A stretch of 64,000 nt of DNA from IMG/VR virus record IMGVR_UViG_3300029705_000112; one strand, 5' to 3'. Positions within the stretch are counted from its first letter, which is position 1. Every line of letters begins with the position of its first letter. Shown here piece after piece: positions 40,981 through 50,629 of this stretch. The translations under genes and the position numbers were made by a program. Below the pieces are notes generated by a model. That model searched no databases. It was not told where the DNA came from and worked only from the letters and a program-made list of their open reading frames with translations. This stretch comes from an uncultured virus (IMG/VR IMGVR_UViG_3300029705_000112). Taxonomy: Duplodnaviria; Heunggongvirae; Uroviricota; Caudoviricetes.

Positions 40981-41586
40981 ATGAAACAAGACAGAATACA
41001 TCCGAGAACGGCTGCGCAGTTGCAACGCAAGTACGGTAAAAAAGTGACCGATTCCGCAGAGAATGCCGCTAATGCTAAAAGCGAATCGGAACAGGCAGCG
41101 GAGCTTGCCGCGAGTGCAGCTGCAAAAGCGAACGCGCTTGAAGCAAAGTTGGAGTTGACGGTTAAGATCAACGAAAATGGCGAGGTTGTCAGCGAGATCG
41201 ATGGCGTTGCGAACGTGATCAAATTTCTTGCAAACTGTATTTCCATTCAGAGCGATAAATTCACGCTTGACCCGGACGGCAAAGTATCGATCAATGGCGG
41301 TGCTATCGTTTTGAAAATGTCGAACGGTGGCTATGTTCGCATCGGTGAAACGGTGGACGTGCTGGCGGTAGATACCGAGGACTTTACCGAGGGAAAGGGC
41401 AGCCGCGTGGGGATCTTGCCGAGTGCTATCCAGTTTTCAAGCGGCGTTGCCGGTTCTTCTACGATGCCTATACAGTTTGAATACGCTGACGGAGCGTACA
41501 AAAACAGGCTTGTCGGTGATTGGTATATCGGAAACGTGAAGCTTTCGGAATTGATAACAAGAATTGAAGCCTTGGAGGGATCATGA
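40981..41586 (+). CDS. hypothetical virion-associated protein
   Basis: ORF between the giant protein and the holin. Confidence 0.55.
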   Translation: MKQDRIHPRTAAQLQRKYGKKVTDSAENAANAKSESEQAAELAASAAAKANALEAKLELTVKINENGEVVSEIDGVANVIKFLANCISIQSDKFTLDPDGKVSINGGAIVLKMSNGGYVRIGETVDVLAVDTEDFTEGKGSRVGILPSAIQFSSGVAGSSTMPIQFEYADGAYKNRLVGDWYIGNVKLSELITRIEALEGS

Positions 41587-42002
41587 TGAAAAGTACAATA
41601 TGCGCGGCTTTAGGAGTTACAGGCAGTTTAATAGCATCTTGCTTTGGGGGGTGGTCTGCTTCATTGACTACGTTGCTGATTTTCATGCTGATTGACTACG
41701 TATCAGGCTTGATCGTCGCAGGCGTGTTCCATAAGTCGCCCAAGACGAAAAACGGCGGGCTTGAAAGCAAGGCAGGGCTGAAAGGCTTGATCAGAAAATG
41801 CGTTGTTTTGGCTTTGGTATTGGTCGGGCACAGGCTTGATATTGCAATCGGAGCATCTTATATCCGTGATGCGGTGTGTATCGCGTTTATGGTAAACGAA
41901 GCGATCTCCATTGTAGAAAATGCCGGGCTTATGGGCTTGCCTATACCGAAAGTCATTACAAATGCAATCGAGGTTTTGCACAACAAGAATAAGAGGGAGT
42001 GA
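41583..42002 (+). CDS. phage holin (holin family 4-like)
   Basis: Transmembrane segments; FGGW...IDYVSG...NEAISIVENAG.MGLPIP. Confidence 0.9.
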   Translation: MMKSTICAALGVTGSLIASCFGGWSASLTTLLIFMLIDYVSGLIVAGVFHKSPKTKNGGLESKAGLKGLIRKCVVLALVLVGHRLDIAIGASYIRDAVCIAFMVNEAISIVENAGLMGLPIPKVITNAIEVLHNKNKRE

Positions 42003-42023
42003 TTTTTCACTCCCTCTTTTTTT
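41992..42023 (+). terminator. hairpin / putative terminator
   Basis: AGAGGGAGTGA-tttt-TCACTCCCTCTTTTT. Confidence 0.65.
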
Positions 42024-42080
42024 ATTAGTATAGTGACAATCTTTTGCAGAAATAATTCAATTTTGAAGGGAAGATGTAAA

Positions 42081-42470
42081 ATGTTGAAAGCATACTCAAA
42101 GAAAAAAGACGGTAACAAGAAACTATCAGCGAATTTCCGAGTGAGAGAGTTTGCTTGCACGGACGGATCTGATCCTATTTTCATTGATACGGATTTGGTG
42201 AATATTTTGCAGAAGGTCCGCAACCATTTCGGAAAGGCGGTTACTATTACTTCCGCTTACCGAACACCGGGCAAAAATAAGGCGGTGGGCGGCACAACCT
42301 ATTCGCAGCATCTTTACGGCACGGCTGCGGATATCAAGGTCAAGGGAGTAACACCGAAAAAGGTTGCAGCTTACGTAGAAAAGCTGATGCCAAAGAGCGG
42401 TGGGATTGGAATATATAAGACCTTTGTTCACGTAGACGTGCGTGCGGTCAAGTCACGCTGGAATGGCTGA
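42081..42470 (+). CDS. peptidase M15A-type endolysin
   Basis: ITSAYR...N..VGG...SQHLYGTAADI...FVHVDVR. Confidence 0.88.
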   Translation: MLKAYSKKKDGNKKLSANFRVREFACTDGSDPIFIDTDLVNILQKVRNHFGKAVTITSAYRTPGKNKAVGGTTYSQHLYGTAADIKVKGVTPKKVAAYVEKLMPKSGGIGIYKTFVHVDVRAVKSRWNG

Positions 42471-42530
42471 CGGGGTACACTCGGTAGGGTAAAGAATAAA
42501 TGCGCTCTAAAGCGAAATTTAGGGCATTAC

Positions 42531-42566
42531 AAAGGGGCAGATTTCTCTGCCCCTCTTTTTTATTTT
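42531..42566. terminator. bidirectional terminator
   Basis: AAAGGGGCAGA-tttc-TCTGCCCCTCTTTTT between convergent genes. Confidence 0.7.
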
Positions 42567-42841
42567 GCCTTGATCTCGTCAAGAAGCTCGCTGATCGTAT
42601 AGGCTTTTAATAGTGTCGCGTGCGCTTGCGCCATGTCCTTGCTATCCTTGGCGGCATCGTGCAGCTCAATGGCTTCGTTCAGCTCTGCTTCAAGGTAGGC
42701 TATGACTTCTTCGGCGGTTTGCATAGTGGATTTATTTCCATAAGCTCGTCTGCATTCTAAATATTCGTCCTCGGTAATATCTCCTCTTAACCACAATTTA
42801 TCAAGTATATCAAGTGGGTTCATTTCATATCGTCCTTTCAT
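42560..42841 (-). CDS. hypothetical protein
   Basis: ORF downstream of the integrase; real start probably near 42823-42829. Confidence 0.5.
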   Translation of the reverse strand: MKGRYEMNPLDILDKLWLRGDITEDEYLECRRAYGNKSTMQTAEEVIAYLEAELNEAIELHDAAKDSKDMAQAHATLLKAYTISELLDEIKAK

Positions 42842-42845
42842 TTTT

Positions 42846-42897
42846 TCATTGTACTTTTATATATGCTCCGAACGGAGATAGCACAAAAGTACAATGA
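42846..42897. other. putative attP site of the serine integrase
   Basis: 13-bp inverted repeats TCATTGTACTTTT/AAAAGTACAATGA and inner CTCCG-AA-CGGAG, symmetric about 42871-42872, next to the integrase stop. Confidence 0.65.
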
Positions 42898-42902
42898 TTT
42901 AG

Positions 42903-44336
42903 TTAAAAAAATATAATGCTATCCGGGATGATCTGTTTATTCTCGTCTATCGCAAACTCTCGGATGATATTGCGCCAAAACGCCTTTTTGTTTTCTTTTG
43001 ATAGTTGGCTATACAATCCTCTGTAGTCGGTTTCCAGCAAGCCTTTCAGCGCGTCCAAGTCTCTCTCGGGCGGCTTCTCGTAAATGTCGATTGCTTGTAG
43101 TTTTTTATCAAGCGCGTAATATTCATCATCGTATTCCGCTTCATCTATACGCCCCTTTCTGAACATCATATTCAGCCTATCCATTTCCGCTTTGATTTTC
43201 CTTGCCTTTTCCTCGTTGTTATTTTTTGGTCGTGCATCGGTGACGCTTTCCACTCTCAAGACCTCGTTGGTGATATACTGCTCAAGGTTATCAAGTAACT
43301 GCTTTTCAACCTTCCACTCGGTGACAGACCTTGTGTACGGGCAAATTTTTTGTGTGCGAGCGGTGTTACAACGGTACGTGTAAGATTCGTATTTTCCACC
43401 GCTGTGTTTTACGAGGTTGCCTGCCATATTGTTGCCGCAACACGGGCATTTCAACATACCGCTGAACAGAAACACTCTGTTGGGATTTGCCGGCATACGA
43501 GAGTTTCTTTTCAGTATGTCCTGTATGCGGTCAAATCGCTCTTTAGTGATATACGGGTCTACGTATTCTGGAACGCCCTTGTATTCGCCGTAGAGCAATG
43601 TATCTGTCAACAAATTGGTGAGAGCTCTCATAGTCATTTTCGTGCCGTACTTGATATTGATATAACCAAGCGTAGCTGATTTGCTTTGGTGCTTTTCAAA
43701 AAATTCAAGCAGATCATAGGTCTTATCAATATTCTCCGGGTGTCTGATCAGATACCTGTTTTTTTTCTCTCCGACCACCTTCCACGGGAACAGGAAGTTG
43801 TGCGATCCCGTGATGACCTGCTTATTCTTGATGCGCATTTTGTTATTGAAGCGGATACGCTTGCTGGTCTTTTTGGCTTCGTACTCTGCCATCGTCAAGT
43901 AAATATTGATCTTGAATGCCGCATCGGGATCGTCCGGGTCGAGGTCGCTTTCCTCAATGGAAATCCAAGTCACGCCTGCTGCGCGGAGCTGCTTCTGCGC
44001 TTCGTAATATTCTCCGACGTTACGGAAAAATCGGTCGATGCACTTGAAAACAACGATATCAAATTTGCCTGCCTTTGCGTCCTCGATCATTCTTGCGAGG
44101 TCCTTCCTTTTGCTGATCTCAAGCGTTGCGCTGATGCCCTCGTCAACGTATTCGCCCACGGACACAAGTTCGTACTCTGCGGCAAATTCGTCAATAAGGG
44201 ATAGCTGGTCATGGATGGTATATCCGTTTTTCTTTTGTTCATCGGAGCTGCATCTACAGTATTTGGCTATTTTGACCACCCTGCCTGATTCCTGATACCT
44301 TAATAATTGTTGATAACTCCCATACATCTGCATCAC
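42903..44336 (-). CDS. large serine recombinase (integrase)
   Basis: YCRCSS catalytic motif, DEGISAT, DRFFR, zinc ribbon CPCCG...YRC, coiled coil. Confidence 0.93.
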   Translation of the reverse strand: MMQMYGSYQQLLRYQESGRVVKIAKYCRCSSDEQKKNGYTIHDQLSLIDEFAAEYELVSVGEYVDEGISATLEISKRKDLARMIEDAKAGKFDIVVFKCIDRFFRNVGEYYEAQKQLRAAGVTWISIEESDLDPDDPDAAFKINIYLTMAEYEAKKTSKRIRFNNKMRIKNKQVITGSHNFLFPWKVVGEKKNRYLIRHPENIDKTYDLLEFFEKHQSKSATLGYINIKYGTKMTMRALTNLLTDTLLYGEYKGVPEYVDPYITKERFDRIQDILKRNSRMPANPNRVFLFSGMLKCPCCGNNMAGNLVKHSGGKYESYTYRCNTARTQKICPYTRSVTEWKVEKQLLDNLEQYITNEVLRVESVTDARPKNNNEEKARKIKAEMDRLNMMFRKGRIDEAEYDDEYYALDKKLQAIDIYEKPPERDLDALKGLLETDYRGLYSQLSKENKKAFWRNIIREFAIDENKQIIPDSIIFF

Positions 44337-44545
44337 TCCTTGTTGTATATTCTTCGGTGTAAAATTTTTACGGCATCACCCCCTATACGGTGACGATTTT
44401 CGACAAGCTGTATCTGTATAATAAAAGTGTAATATTACACAGGGCAGATTTACCATTGTGCTACATAACTGTTATAAAATATACTATTTTCAGAACAGTT
44501 CATACAAACATACGTTCCTGCCCCGGATGAAAGGAGATCCCCCTC

Positions 44546-44686
44546 ATGAAACAAGAATACATCGAAAAAATCACCGAATTACTTGACAAATGCCCCGATC
44601 TTGCCGTGCTTGACCTTATTTATCAGTTGCTTTTAAGGCGTACAGCACCGGCTTCACAGCCTGCCGCTGTTCAAAACCAAGATTAG
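44546..44686 (+). CDS. 46-aa protein, candidate antirepressor
   Basis: AAAGGAG RBS; MKQEYIEKITELLDKCPDLAVLDLIYQLL...; below the ORF-track size cutoff. Confidence 0.5.
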   Translation: MKQEYIEKITELLDKCPDLAVLDLIYQLLLRRTAPASQPAAVQNQD

Positions 44687-45002
44687 AAAGCGTGACCACC
44701 ATATCTAATAGCTCTTCATCTTCAAGCATTTTCAAAGTGACGTCTGCAAGGACGTCATTTTTCTTTTGCATATCCCGGTGTTCCACGGTCTTTTCCTCTA
44801 TCAGATCAGATTTCAAGATACCAAAGTAATCAGCCAATATTTCAATTTTGTCGATGCGCGGATATTTTTTGCCCTTTATCCAATCATTTATGGTAGGAGC
44901 GGAAACGCCCACGATTTCAGCAAGCTCTTTTTGCTGCTTTCCGCTTCTTTCTAAATAGTAGCGCAGGTTTTTCGCAAATACTTCCTTTGACCATATAGCC
45001 AT
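44616..45002 (-). CDS. XRE-family HTH repressor (CI-like)
   Basis: QKELAEIVGVSAPTINDWIKGKKYPRIDKIEILADYFGI. Confidence 0.9.
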   Translation of the reverse strand: MAIWSKEVFAKNLRYYLERSGKQQKELAEIVGVSAPTINDWIKGKKYPRIDKIEILADYFGILKSDLIEEKTVEHRDMQKKNDVLADVTLKMLEDEELLDMVVTLSNLGFEQRQAVKPVLYALKATDK

Positions 45003-45133
45003 ATTTGCACCCCCTTTTTCCCTTATTCTACACCGAAAATAGCCGAAAGTAAATTGATTGCGTATTTTGTTTCCACAATGTTTACAAATTGTTCTTGAAT
45101 TGCAGCGCGTTTCGTAGTATTCTATTATTACGA

Positions 45134-45150
45134 ATTAGCTTAAAGTTAAT
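45134..45150. promoter_or_regulatory. putative repressor operator (related copies at 45038-45054 and 45402-45418)
   Basis: Imperfect palindrome ATTAGCT-N3-AGTTAAT. Confidence 0.6.
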
Positions 45151-45178
45151 TTCGGAAAGCACAGAAAGGAGAAAAAGG

Positions 45179-45376
45179 ATGGAAAAAATCAGTTTGGCAG
45201 CAGCAAGAGTCAATGCCGGGTATACTCAAAAGGATGCCGCGGTAGCGCTTGGCGTGAGCAACAAGACGCTTTGCAGTTGGGAGAACGGAAAAACCTTCCC
45301 GGGACAGCCGATGATCGAAAAGATTTGCGCTCTATATCGCATTTCTTACGATTTCATTAAGTTTAGAGCTAATTAA
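45179..45376 (+). CDS. Cro-like HTH regulator
   Basis: SLAAARVNAGYTQKDAA..LGVS..TL.SWENGKT.P; divergent from the repressor. Confidence 0.88.
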   Translation: MEKISLAAARVNAGYTQKDAAVALGVSNKTLCSWENGKTFPGQPMIEKICALYRISYDFIKFRAN

Positions 45377-45535
45377 GGGGCGTTATTTTTTTTACCCATC
45401 GATTAGCTAAAAGTTAATTATCAAAAGGAGCGAACATGAAACAACCGACAGGGAAAAAACTTCTCTCCCTGCTCATTGACCTTTTGGCAGAGCAAGAGGG
45501 GGTTAAGATCGAGTATGAAATTGAAGAGGTGCAAC

Positions 45536-45700
45536 ATGAAAAAGTGGTTGAGTGATCTTTGGGATAGCATCAAGTGGGTATTGACAGCCCCGATCATCCA
45601 TTACCTTGATTGCCGGCAGCAGAACATTGACGGCAGCTTTGATAAGTACTGGGCGCGCAAGAATGCTCGCGCGGCGAGAAGGGAGCGCAGGTGCAAGTGA
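45536..45700 (+). CDS. small hypothetical protein
   Basis: ORF with GAGGT RBS. Confidence 0.45.
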   Translation: MKKWLSDLWDSIKWVLTAPIIHYLDCRQQNIDGSFDKYWARKNARAARRERRCK

Positions 45701-46002
45701 AAAGCATTATCCAAGAGGACCGTGGGCATTGCTTTCTGTGCGGCAGGAATGCACGTGCTGACTATTTCGGGCTTGAGGAACACCACGTATTTGAGGGATT
45801 TGGCAAGCGCAAGTTGAGCGAGAAATACGGCTTGAAGGTGTATCTTTGCGGTGATCGATGCCATCGAAACGGTGAGAAAAGCGTACATAAAAACGCCGAG
45901 GTTGCAAGGGCGCTCAAAAAGATCGTGCAGAAGCGTGCAATGCAGTATTGGGGCTGGTCTGTAGAGGAATTTATCAGAATAATCGGAAAAAGTTATATTT
46001 GA
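45691..46002 (+). CDS. small HNH-like zinc-binding protein
   Basis: CFLCG...EEHHVF...LC..CH. Confidence 0.65.
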   Translation: MQVKSIIQEDRGHCFLCGRNARADYFGLEEHHVFEGFGKRKLSEKYGLKVYLCGDRCHRNGEKSVHKNAEVARALKKIVQKRAMQYWGWSVEEFIRIIGKSYI

Positions 46003-46015
46003 AAAGGAGTAAAAC

Positions 46016-46453
46016 ATGGCGAATTTTAACTTAAACAAGGTGATTTTGGGCGGCAGATTGACCGCTGACCCGGAGCTGAAACAGACGCAGAGCGGTGTAC
46101 CCGTGTGCTCTTTCACGGTGGCGAACAACCGCAGAAACGGGCAGAATCAGGAAACGTTCTTTATCAGATGCCAAGCGTGGAGAGCAACGGCAGAATTTAT
46201 CTCCCGGTATTTCCGCAAGGGCTCGTCTATTTGTGTGATCGGCTTTATCCAGCCGAGAGAATGGACGGACGCGAGCGGTCAGAAGCGTTATGCAACCGAG
46301 ATCGTCGTGGAAGAAGCGGTCTTTGTGGATAGCAAAAATGACGCGCAGAGCGCGGAAGCGCCGAGCGGTGCATATATGCCCCCGGCGTATGATAATGCGG
46401 CAGAGCAGCCGAAATTTGAGCTCGTGGGCGATGACTCTGACTTGCCCTTCTAA
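46016..46453 (+). CDS. ssb: single-stranded DNA-binding protein
   Basis: LNKVILGGRLTADPELKQT...; acidic tail DDSDLPF. Confidence 0.95.
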   Translation: MANFNLNKVILGGRLTADPELKQTQSGVPVCSFTVANNRRNGQNQETFFIRCQAWRATAEFISRYFRKGSSICVIGFIQPREWTDASGQKRYATEIVVEEAVFVDSKNDAQSAEAPSGAYMPPAYDNAAEQPKFELVGDDSDLPF

Positions 46454-46649
46454 AAATTAAAACAAAGTAACACAGGAGTAAAACATGGTAGGAAACAACA
46501 AAAATAATAGCGGATGCGGCAGCACCATATTTTGGCTGGTAATAGCACTATTGGTATCAGCGCTTTGCGTTCTCCAATTTGAGCTTGTTATCAATAGCGA
46601 TATGCCGGATTGGTTGAAATACCTCATATTGTCTTGAAGGGAGCAAGAT

Positions 46650-47183
46650 ATGAACGCAGTTTTAATGAGTATTCAGCCGAAATGGTGCGAGCTTATCGCA
46701 TCGGGCAAAAAGACGGTTGAGGTCCGAAAAACCAAACCGAAATTGGCAACGCCGTTTAAGGTGTATATCTATGAAACGCAGGGCAGAGCGGAAACGCCAT
46801 TTGTTGACGAGGACGGACACGTAATCTTCAAAGGCAGAGGCCAAGTCATAGGCGAGTTTGTGTGTGATAGTATCATGCGAATAGAACGTTCGGTTGGCTG
46901 TTTTTTCTTGCCGGGAAAGACACGTAGCGAATCAAATGCCATTGCCATAGCTTCTTGCATGGATTTTCTTGATATGGGTGCTTATTTTGGACTATCTGAT
47001 ACCGGCTATGCTTGGCACATATCCGACCTTGTAATCTATGAAAAGCCGAAAGAATTGAGTGAGTATTCCCGACACGATAATAGCTATGATAATGCTTTTG
47101 GTTGGGCGTTTGAGGATAGAGCGAAAAACACACCGATTAAAAGACCGCCCCAATCGTGGTGCTACGTTGAGAAAGGGGAATGA
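46650..47183 (+). CDS. ASCH/PUA-like domain protein
   Basis: LMSIQPKWCELIASGKKTVEVRK...RPPQSWCYV. Confidence 0.8.
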   Translation: MNAVLMSIQPKWCELIASGKKTVEVRKTKPKLATPFKVYIYETQGRAETPFVDEDGHVIFKGRGQVIGEFVCDSIMRIERSVGCFFLPGKTRSESNAIAIASCMDFLDMGAYFGLSDTGYAWHISDLVIYEKPKELSEYSRHDNSYDNAFGWAFEDRAKNTPIKRPPQSWCYVEKGE

Positions 47184-47184
47184 T

Positions 47185-47508
47185 ATGGCACGATACATAG
47201 ATGCGGAAGCATTGACCGCAGAATTTAAGCGCCTTTCTTTAGGAGAAAACAGCCTTATAGAAAGGATATTTGCTGACGGCGTGTATGCCGTTATAGACAC
47301 TTTTCCCACCGCAGAGGTAGTTGAAAAGCAAGACATTGCTGACAGGCTGGAAATCGTGATAAATGCAAGAAAGCAGGTTGCAAGTGAGATTTTTTCGGAG
47401 ATTGAATTTGACATACAGCAGCTTGCGTATTTGCCTGCCGCTCGCCGGGGTGAAGCGATAGAGAATATCATTGCTAACCTCAAAAAGAAATACACAAAAG
47501 GAGATTGA
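47185..47508 (+). CDS. hypothetical phage protein
   Basis: MARYIDAEAL...PTAEVV. Confidence 0.6.
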   Translation: MARYIDAEALTAEFKRLSLGENSLIERIFADGVYAVIDTFPTAEVVEKQDIADRLEIVINARKQVASEIFSEIEFDIQQLAYLPAARRGEAIENIIANLKKKYTKGD

Positions 47509-47509
47509 T

Positions 47510-47776
47510 ATGACGCTTGTAGAAGAATTGCGCTCTAAACAGAGCAGAGATAATAGGGAGCTGCTTGACCGGGCAGCCGGCGAGATTGAGCGGTTGCAGG
47601 CAGCCTATGACGGTCTGGTTGCGGATATGAAGCAAAACGCGATACGTGACGTTTGCGATATATGCAAGTATAACCTTGCGCATGACGAATGCGAGGATTG
47701 CTTTAGCTGCAAACGGAATTGCCCTTGCCGTGAGTGCCGCGAGGGTAGTAACTGGAAGTGGAGGGGCGAGGAATGA
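47510..47776 (+). CDS. hypothetical Cys-rich protein
   Basis: Paralogous N-terminus to 1668-1991. Confidence 0.6.
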   Translation: MTLVEELRSKQSRDNRELLDRAAGEIERLQAAYDGLVADMKQNAIRDVCDICKYNLAHDECEDCFSCKRNCPCRECREGSNWKWRGEE

Positions 47777-48507
47777 AACCTATATACGTTCCGAGGGGAA
47801 AAGCTAAAGAGTACGGCGATTATGCAATAAACATTTATACCGGCTGTCCGCACGAATGTTATTATTGCTTCGCTCCGAACGTTCTGCATAAAGTGAAAGA
47901 CGATTTTCATAAGTGCATAGAGCCGAGAAAAAACATTGTCGAGGAAGTCAAAAAACAGATTTATAGAGAGCAGATCACCGGGAAGCTCATTCACCTTTGC
48001 TTCACCTGCGATCCATACCCGAAAGGATATGACAGTACACCGACAAGGGAAATCATCAAGGTCCTCAAAGAGAGCGGCAACCATGTGCAGATTCTCACGA
48101 AGAATGGTATTGACGCAAGGCGCGATTTCGATTTGTTGGATAGTAAGGATTGGTTCGGCGTTACTTTTGCAGGGTACGCAGGAATTGACTTTACACATAC
48201 ACCAAAAAGCGAGCCGAAAGCCGGCACGCCGATTGAAAGGTTGCAAGTTCTTCAAATAGCGCATTGGGAAGGCATAAAGACTTGGGTATCTTGCGAGCCT
48301 GTTATTGATGCAGAAGCTGTTCTTTTACTTATGGAACAAGCAGATTATATTGACCTATGGAAAGTCGGCAAGTTGAATTACCATCCATCGGATATTGATT
48401 GGGGAGAGTTCGGCAGGAAAGCAGAAGCGATACTCAAATCTAAAGGTGAAACCTATTACATAAAAGAGGGTTTGAGAGCGGAAATGGAAGGCGGTGGCAA
48501 GGAATGA
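47773..48507 (+). CDS. radical SAM protein (SplB-like)
   Basis: NIYTGCPHECYYC (CxxxCxxC), TCDPY, ILTK, WVSCEP. Confidence 0.85.
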   Translation: MKPIYVPRGKAKEYGDYAINIYTGCPHECYYCFAPNVLHKVKDDFHKCIEPRKNIVEEVKKQIYREQITGKLIHLCFTCDPYPKGYDSTPTREIIKVLKESGNHVQILTKNGIDARRDFDLLDSKDWFGVTFAGYAGIDFTHTPKSEPKAGTPIERLQVLQIAHWEGIKTWVSCEPVIDAEAVLLLMEQADYIDLWKVGKLNYHPSDIDWGEFGRKAEAILKSKGETYYIKEGLRAEMEGGGKE

Positions 48508-48645
48508 CTCTTGAACAAGCTATTGAGCTTCTCAAAAAAGAATATGAGAGAGCAAAGAAAATGGAGTATGTGCAGAGACCTCTTGCTTGGGCGTTGTTTC
48601 AAGTATGGAAGAAAGCTGAAAGATCGAAAATGAAAGGAGCGGACG

Positions 48646-48996
48646 ATGAAAGCGTATAGAGTTGAAAACCAAGAAAAAGGGCACGGCATTTGGCGCGATT
48701 TTGACGGCACGATCAATCCGGTGTTCTCCAAACTCACGCAGGGCAAGTGCAAAGATATGCCCATGGAAGATAGCGATTTTTACCGACAGGACGGCAAGCA
48801 ATGGTTTTCCGCTACCGATACACCCGAAAAGCTGAAAGCGTGGTTCTCTGCTCTTGACGTGGCAGAGATGGAAAGGCTGGGCTACAAGGTATATGAGTTT
48901 GAGATCAGCCATTGCAGAGCGGTTTCTGAATACGAAATCTGCTTTACAAGAGATTGCATCATTTCGCAGAGAGAAATAGATCCGCGCTTGATATAG
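48646..48996 (+). CDS. hypothetical protein
   Basis: ORF with AGGAG RBS. Confidence 0.55.
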   Translation: MKAYRVENQEKGHGIWRDFDGTINPVFSKLTQGKCKDMPMEDSDFYRQDGKQWFSATDTPEKLKAWFSALDVAEMERLGYKVYEFEISHCRAVSEYEICFTRDCIISQREIDPRLI

Positions 48997-49017
48997 GGCG
49001 TTGAGTATGATCGAGCG

Positions 49018-49458
49018 GTGACGCCGAAGGTGCAGATTGAGGTCATTACATACGAGCAGGATCGGCTTAACTATTTCACCGATCTGATGAAAAAAGCGCA
49101 AGAGCGGTACAAGCGGCTTTTCAAGAAATTCAAGGACGCTCCTTACGCGTCGGAAGAAGCGCAAGCGTTGAGTGATGCCGGGAGAGAAACGCATTTTCTC
49201 GGTGACGTGGTTGGAATGCTTGAAGTGGTTGATGCAAAAATTGCAACACCCACGAGCGAATGGATCAGCGTTGAGGATAGGCTGCCGGATAAATACGGTG
49301 ATGTTATTTGCTGTACACGAAGAGGCTCAATAATGCAAGTGACGTACAATCCAACGTATAAGTTATTTAACGTATCTTGCGATAACGTTGAAGATGCTAT
49401 TTACGTCACCCATTGGATGCCGATGCCGTTGCAACCGGAAATGGAAGGCGGTGAGTGA
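49018..49458 (+). CDS. DUF551 domain protein
   Basis: EWISVEDRLP...VTHWMPMP. Confidence 0.8.
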   Translation: MTPKVQIEVITYEQDRLNYFTDLMKKAQERYKRLFKKFKDAPYASEEAQALSDAGRETHFLGDVVGMLEVVDAKIATPTSEWISVEDRLPDKYGDVICCTRRGSIMQVTYNPTYKLFNVSCDNVEDAIYVTHWMPMPLQPEMEGGE

Positions 49459-49459
49459 T

Positions 49460-49762
49460 ATGTACTATCTTGACAGCTTAATCGAAAGAATATCCATTGA
49501 GAGAGCCAAGAAGGTTGACGAGCTGATCCTTGGTGAAATCACGCAGATTGCGGAAGCAAACGGGATCGATACGAGAATTGTCTTGAATGAAAAGAAGATC
49601 GTGGAAGCTTTGAATAAGCAAGTGCCGCAGAAAGCGAAAATATCTCTTCACGGCACAACGGATTGGAACACAAGATGCCGCTGCCCTGTTTGCGGCAAAG
49701 ATCTGTTTGATGCGCAAAAATACTGTTCAGAGTGCGGTCAGCGTATAGATTGGGGGGAGTGA
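49460..49762 (+). CDS. zinc-ribbon hypothetical protein
   Basis: ALNKQVPQK...CPVCG...YCSECGQRIDW. Confidence 0.6.
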   Translation: MYYLDSLIERISIERAKKVDELILGEITQIAEANGIDTRIVLNEKKIVEALNKQVPQKAKISLHGTTDWNTRCRCPVCGKDLFDAQKYCSECGQRIDWGE

Positions 49763-49874
49763 TATGGCAGACCTGATGCTGTTTCTTTTATCATCAGCGA
49801 TAGCGATACCGCTTGCTTTGGCTGTGGCGATAATTATTTGGGCAATTAGCAAATGGGGTTGAAAGGAGAAAACA

Positions 49875-50096
49875 ATGGTAACAAGGCTGGCACAGAAATA
49901 TAAGATCACGTGTGATCGTTGCGGAAAAGAGCACGTTCGCGAAGAGGGTGTGATGGACGATGCTGTATTCTGTAATATTACGATCAGCAATGATATTAGA
50001 CGCGTTGCAATAGCTGACTTATGCGAAGATTGCTACAAGGAATTTGAAGAGTTTGTGGAAAACTTTTTTGACGAGGTAAACAAGCATGACGAGTGA
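49875..50096 (+). CDS. small zinc-binding protein
   Basis: CDRCG...DLCEDC. Confidence 0.55.
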   Translation: MVTRLAQKYKITCDRCGKEHVREEGVMDDAVFCNITISNDIRRVAIADLCEDCYKEFEEFVENFFDEVNKHDE

Positions 50097-50230
50097 AAAC
50101 AGAGAGAATATGCACCGGGCGATTGGCATTCTTGAGGGCGTTACTTGGTTGGCTGAAAAGGATGTTGCAGAAGCGGTAGGGGTGGCTGTCGAGATCTTGA
50201 GTGCGGTGATGCAAAGCGAGGGCAAGGACG

Positions 50231-50629
50231 ATGAAATGTAATATACCGCGCCAAGTGTCGGAAATGTCACCGTCTGACAGAAAAGTGATTACCAAGTATT
50301 TCACCAACGAGATGTACAAGGGCATGGACAGAGAGAATGAGAAAGTGCAAGAGGTGATGATAAAGCTGTTTTGCACATGGTTACACGATCACGGTGCGAC
50401 TGAGGAAGAGATCCACGCCTTTATTGCATGGATGCGCCGTACATACCGCCAACTGGCGCGGTGCAAAACCGAGGAAGAGCAGAACGCATGGCTGGAAAAA
50501 GAGCTGGCGCGTTGCTTTCCCGGTGGATTTCCGCAATTCAGAATTGACGAATTAAAGAGTAATGAAAGGAGTATTTTAGATGAGCAGAGGAACACATATA
50601 ACGCAGGAGCAGAAACAGAAGATCTATGA
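50231..50629 (+). CDS. hypothetical protein (paralog of 2407-2790)
   Basis: Clear sequence similarity. Confidence 0.65.
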   Translation: MKCNIPRQVSEMSPSDRKVITKYFTNEMYKGMDRENEKVQEVMIKLFCTWLHDHGATEEEIHAFIAWMRRTYRQLARCKTEEEQNAWLEKELARCFPGGFPQFRIDELKSNERSILDEQRNTYNAGAETEDL

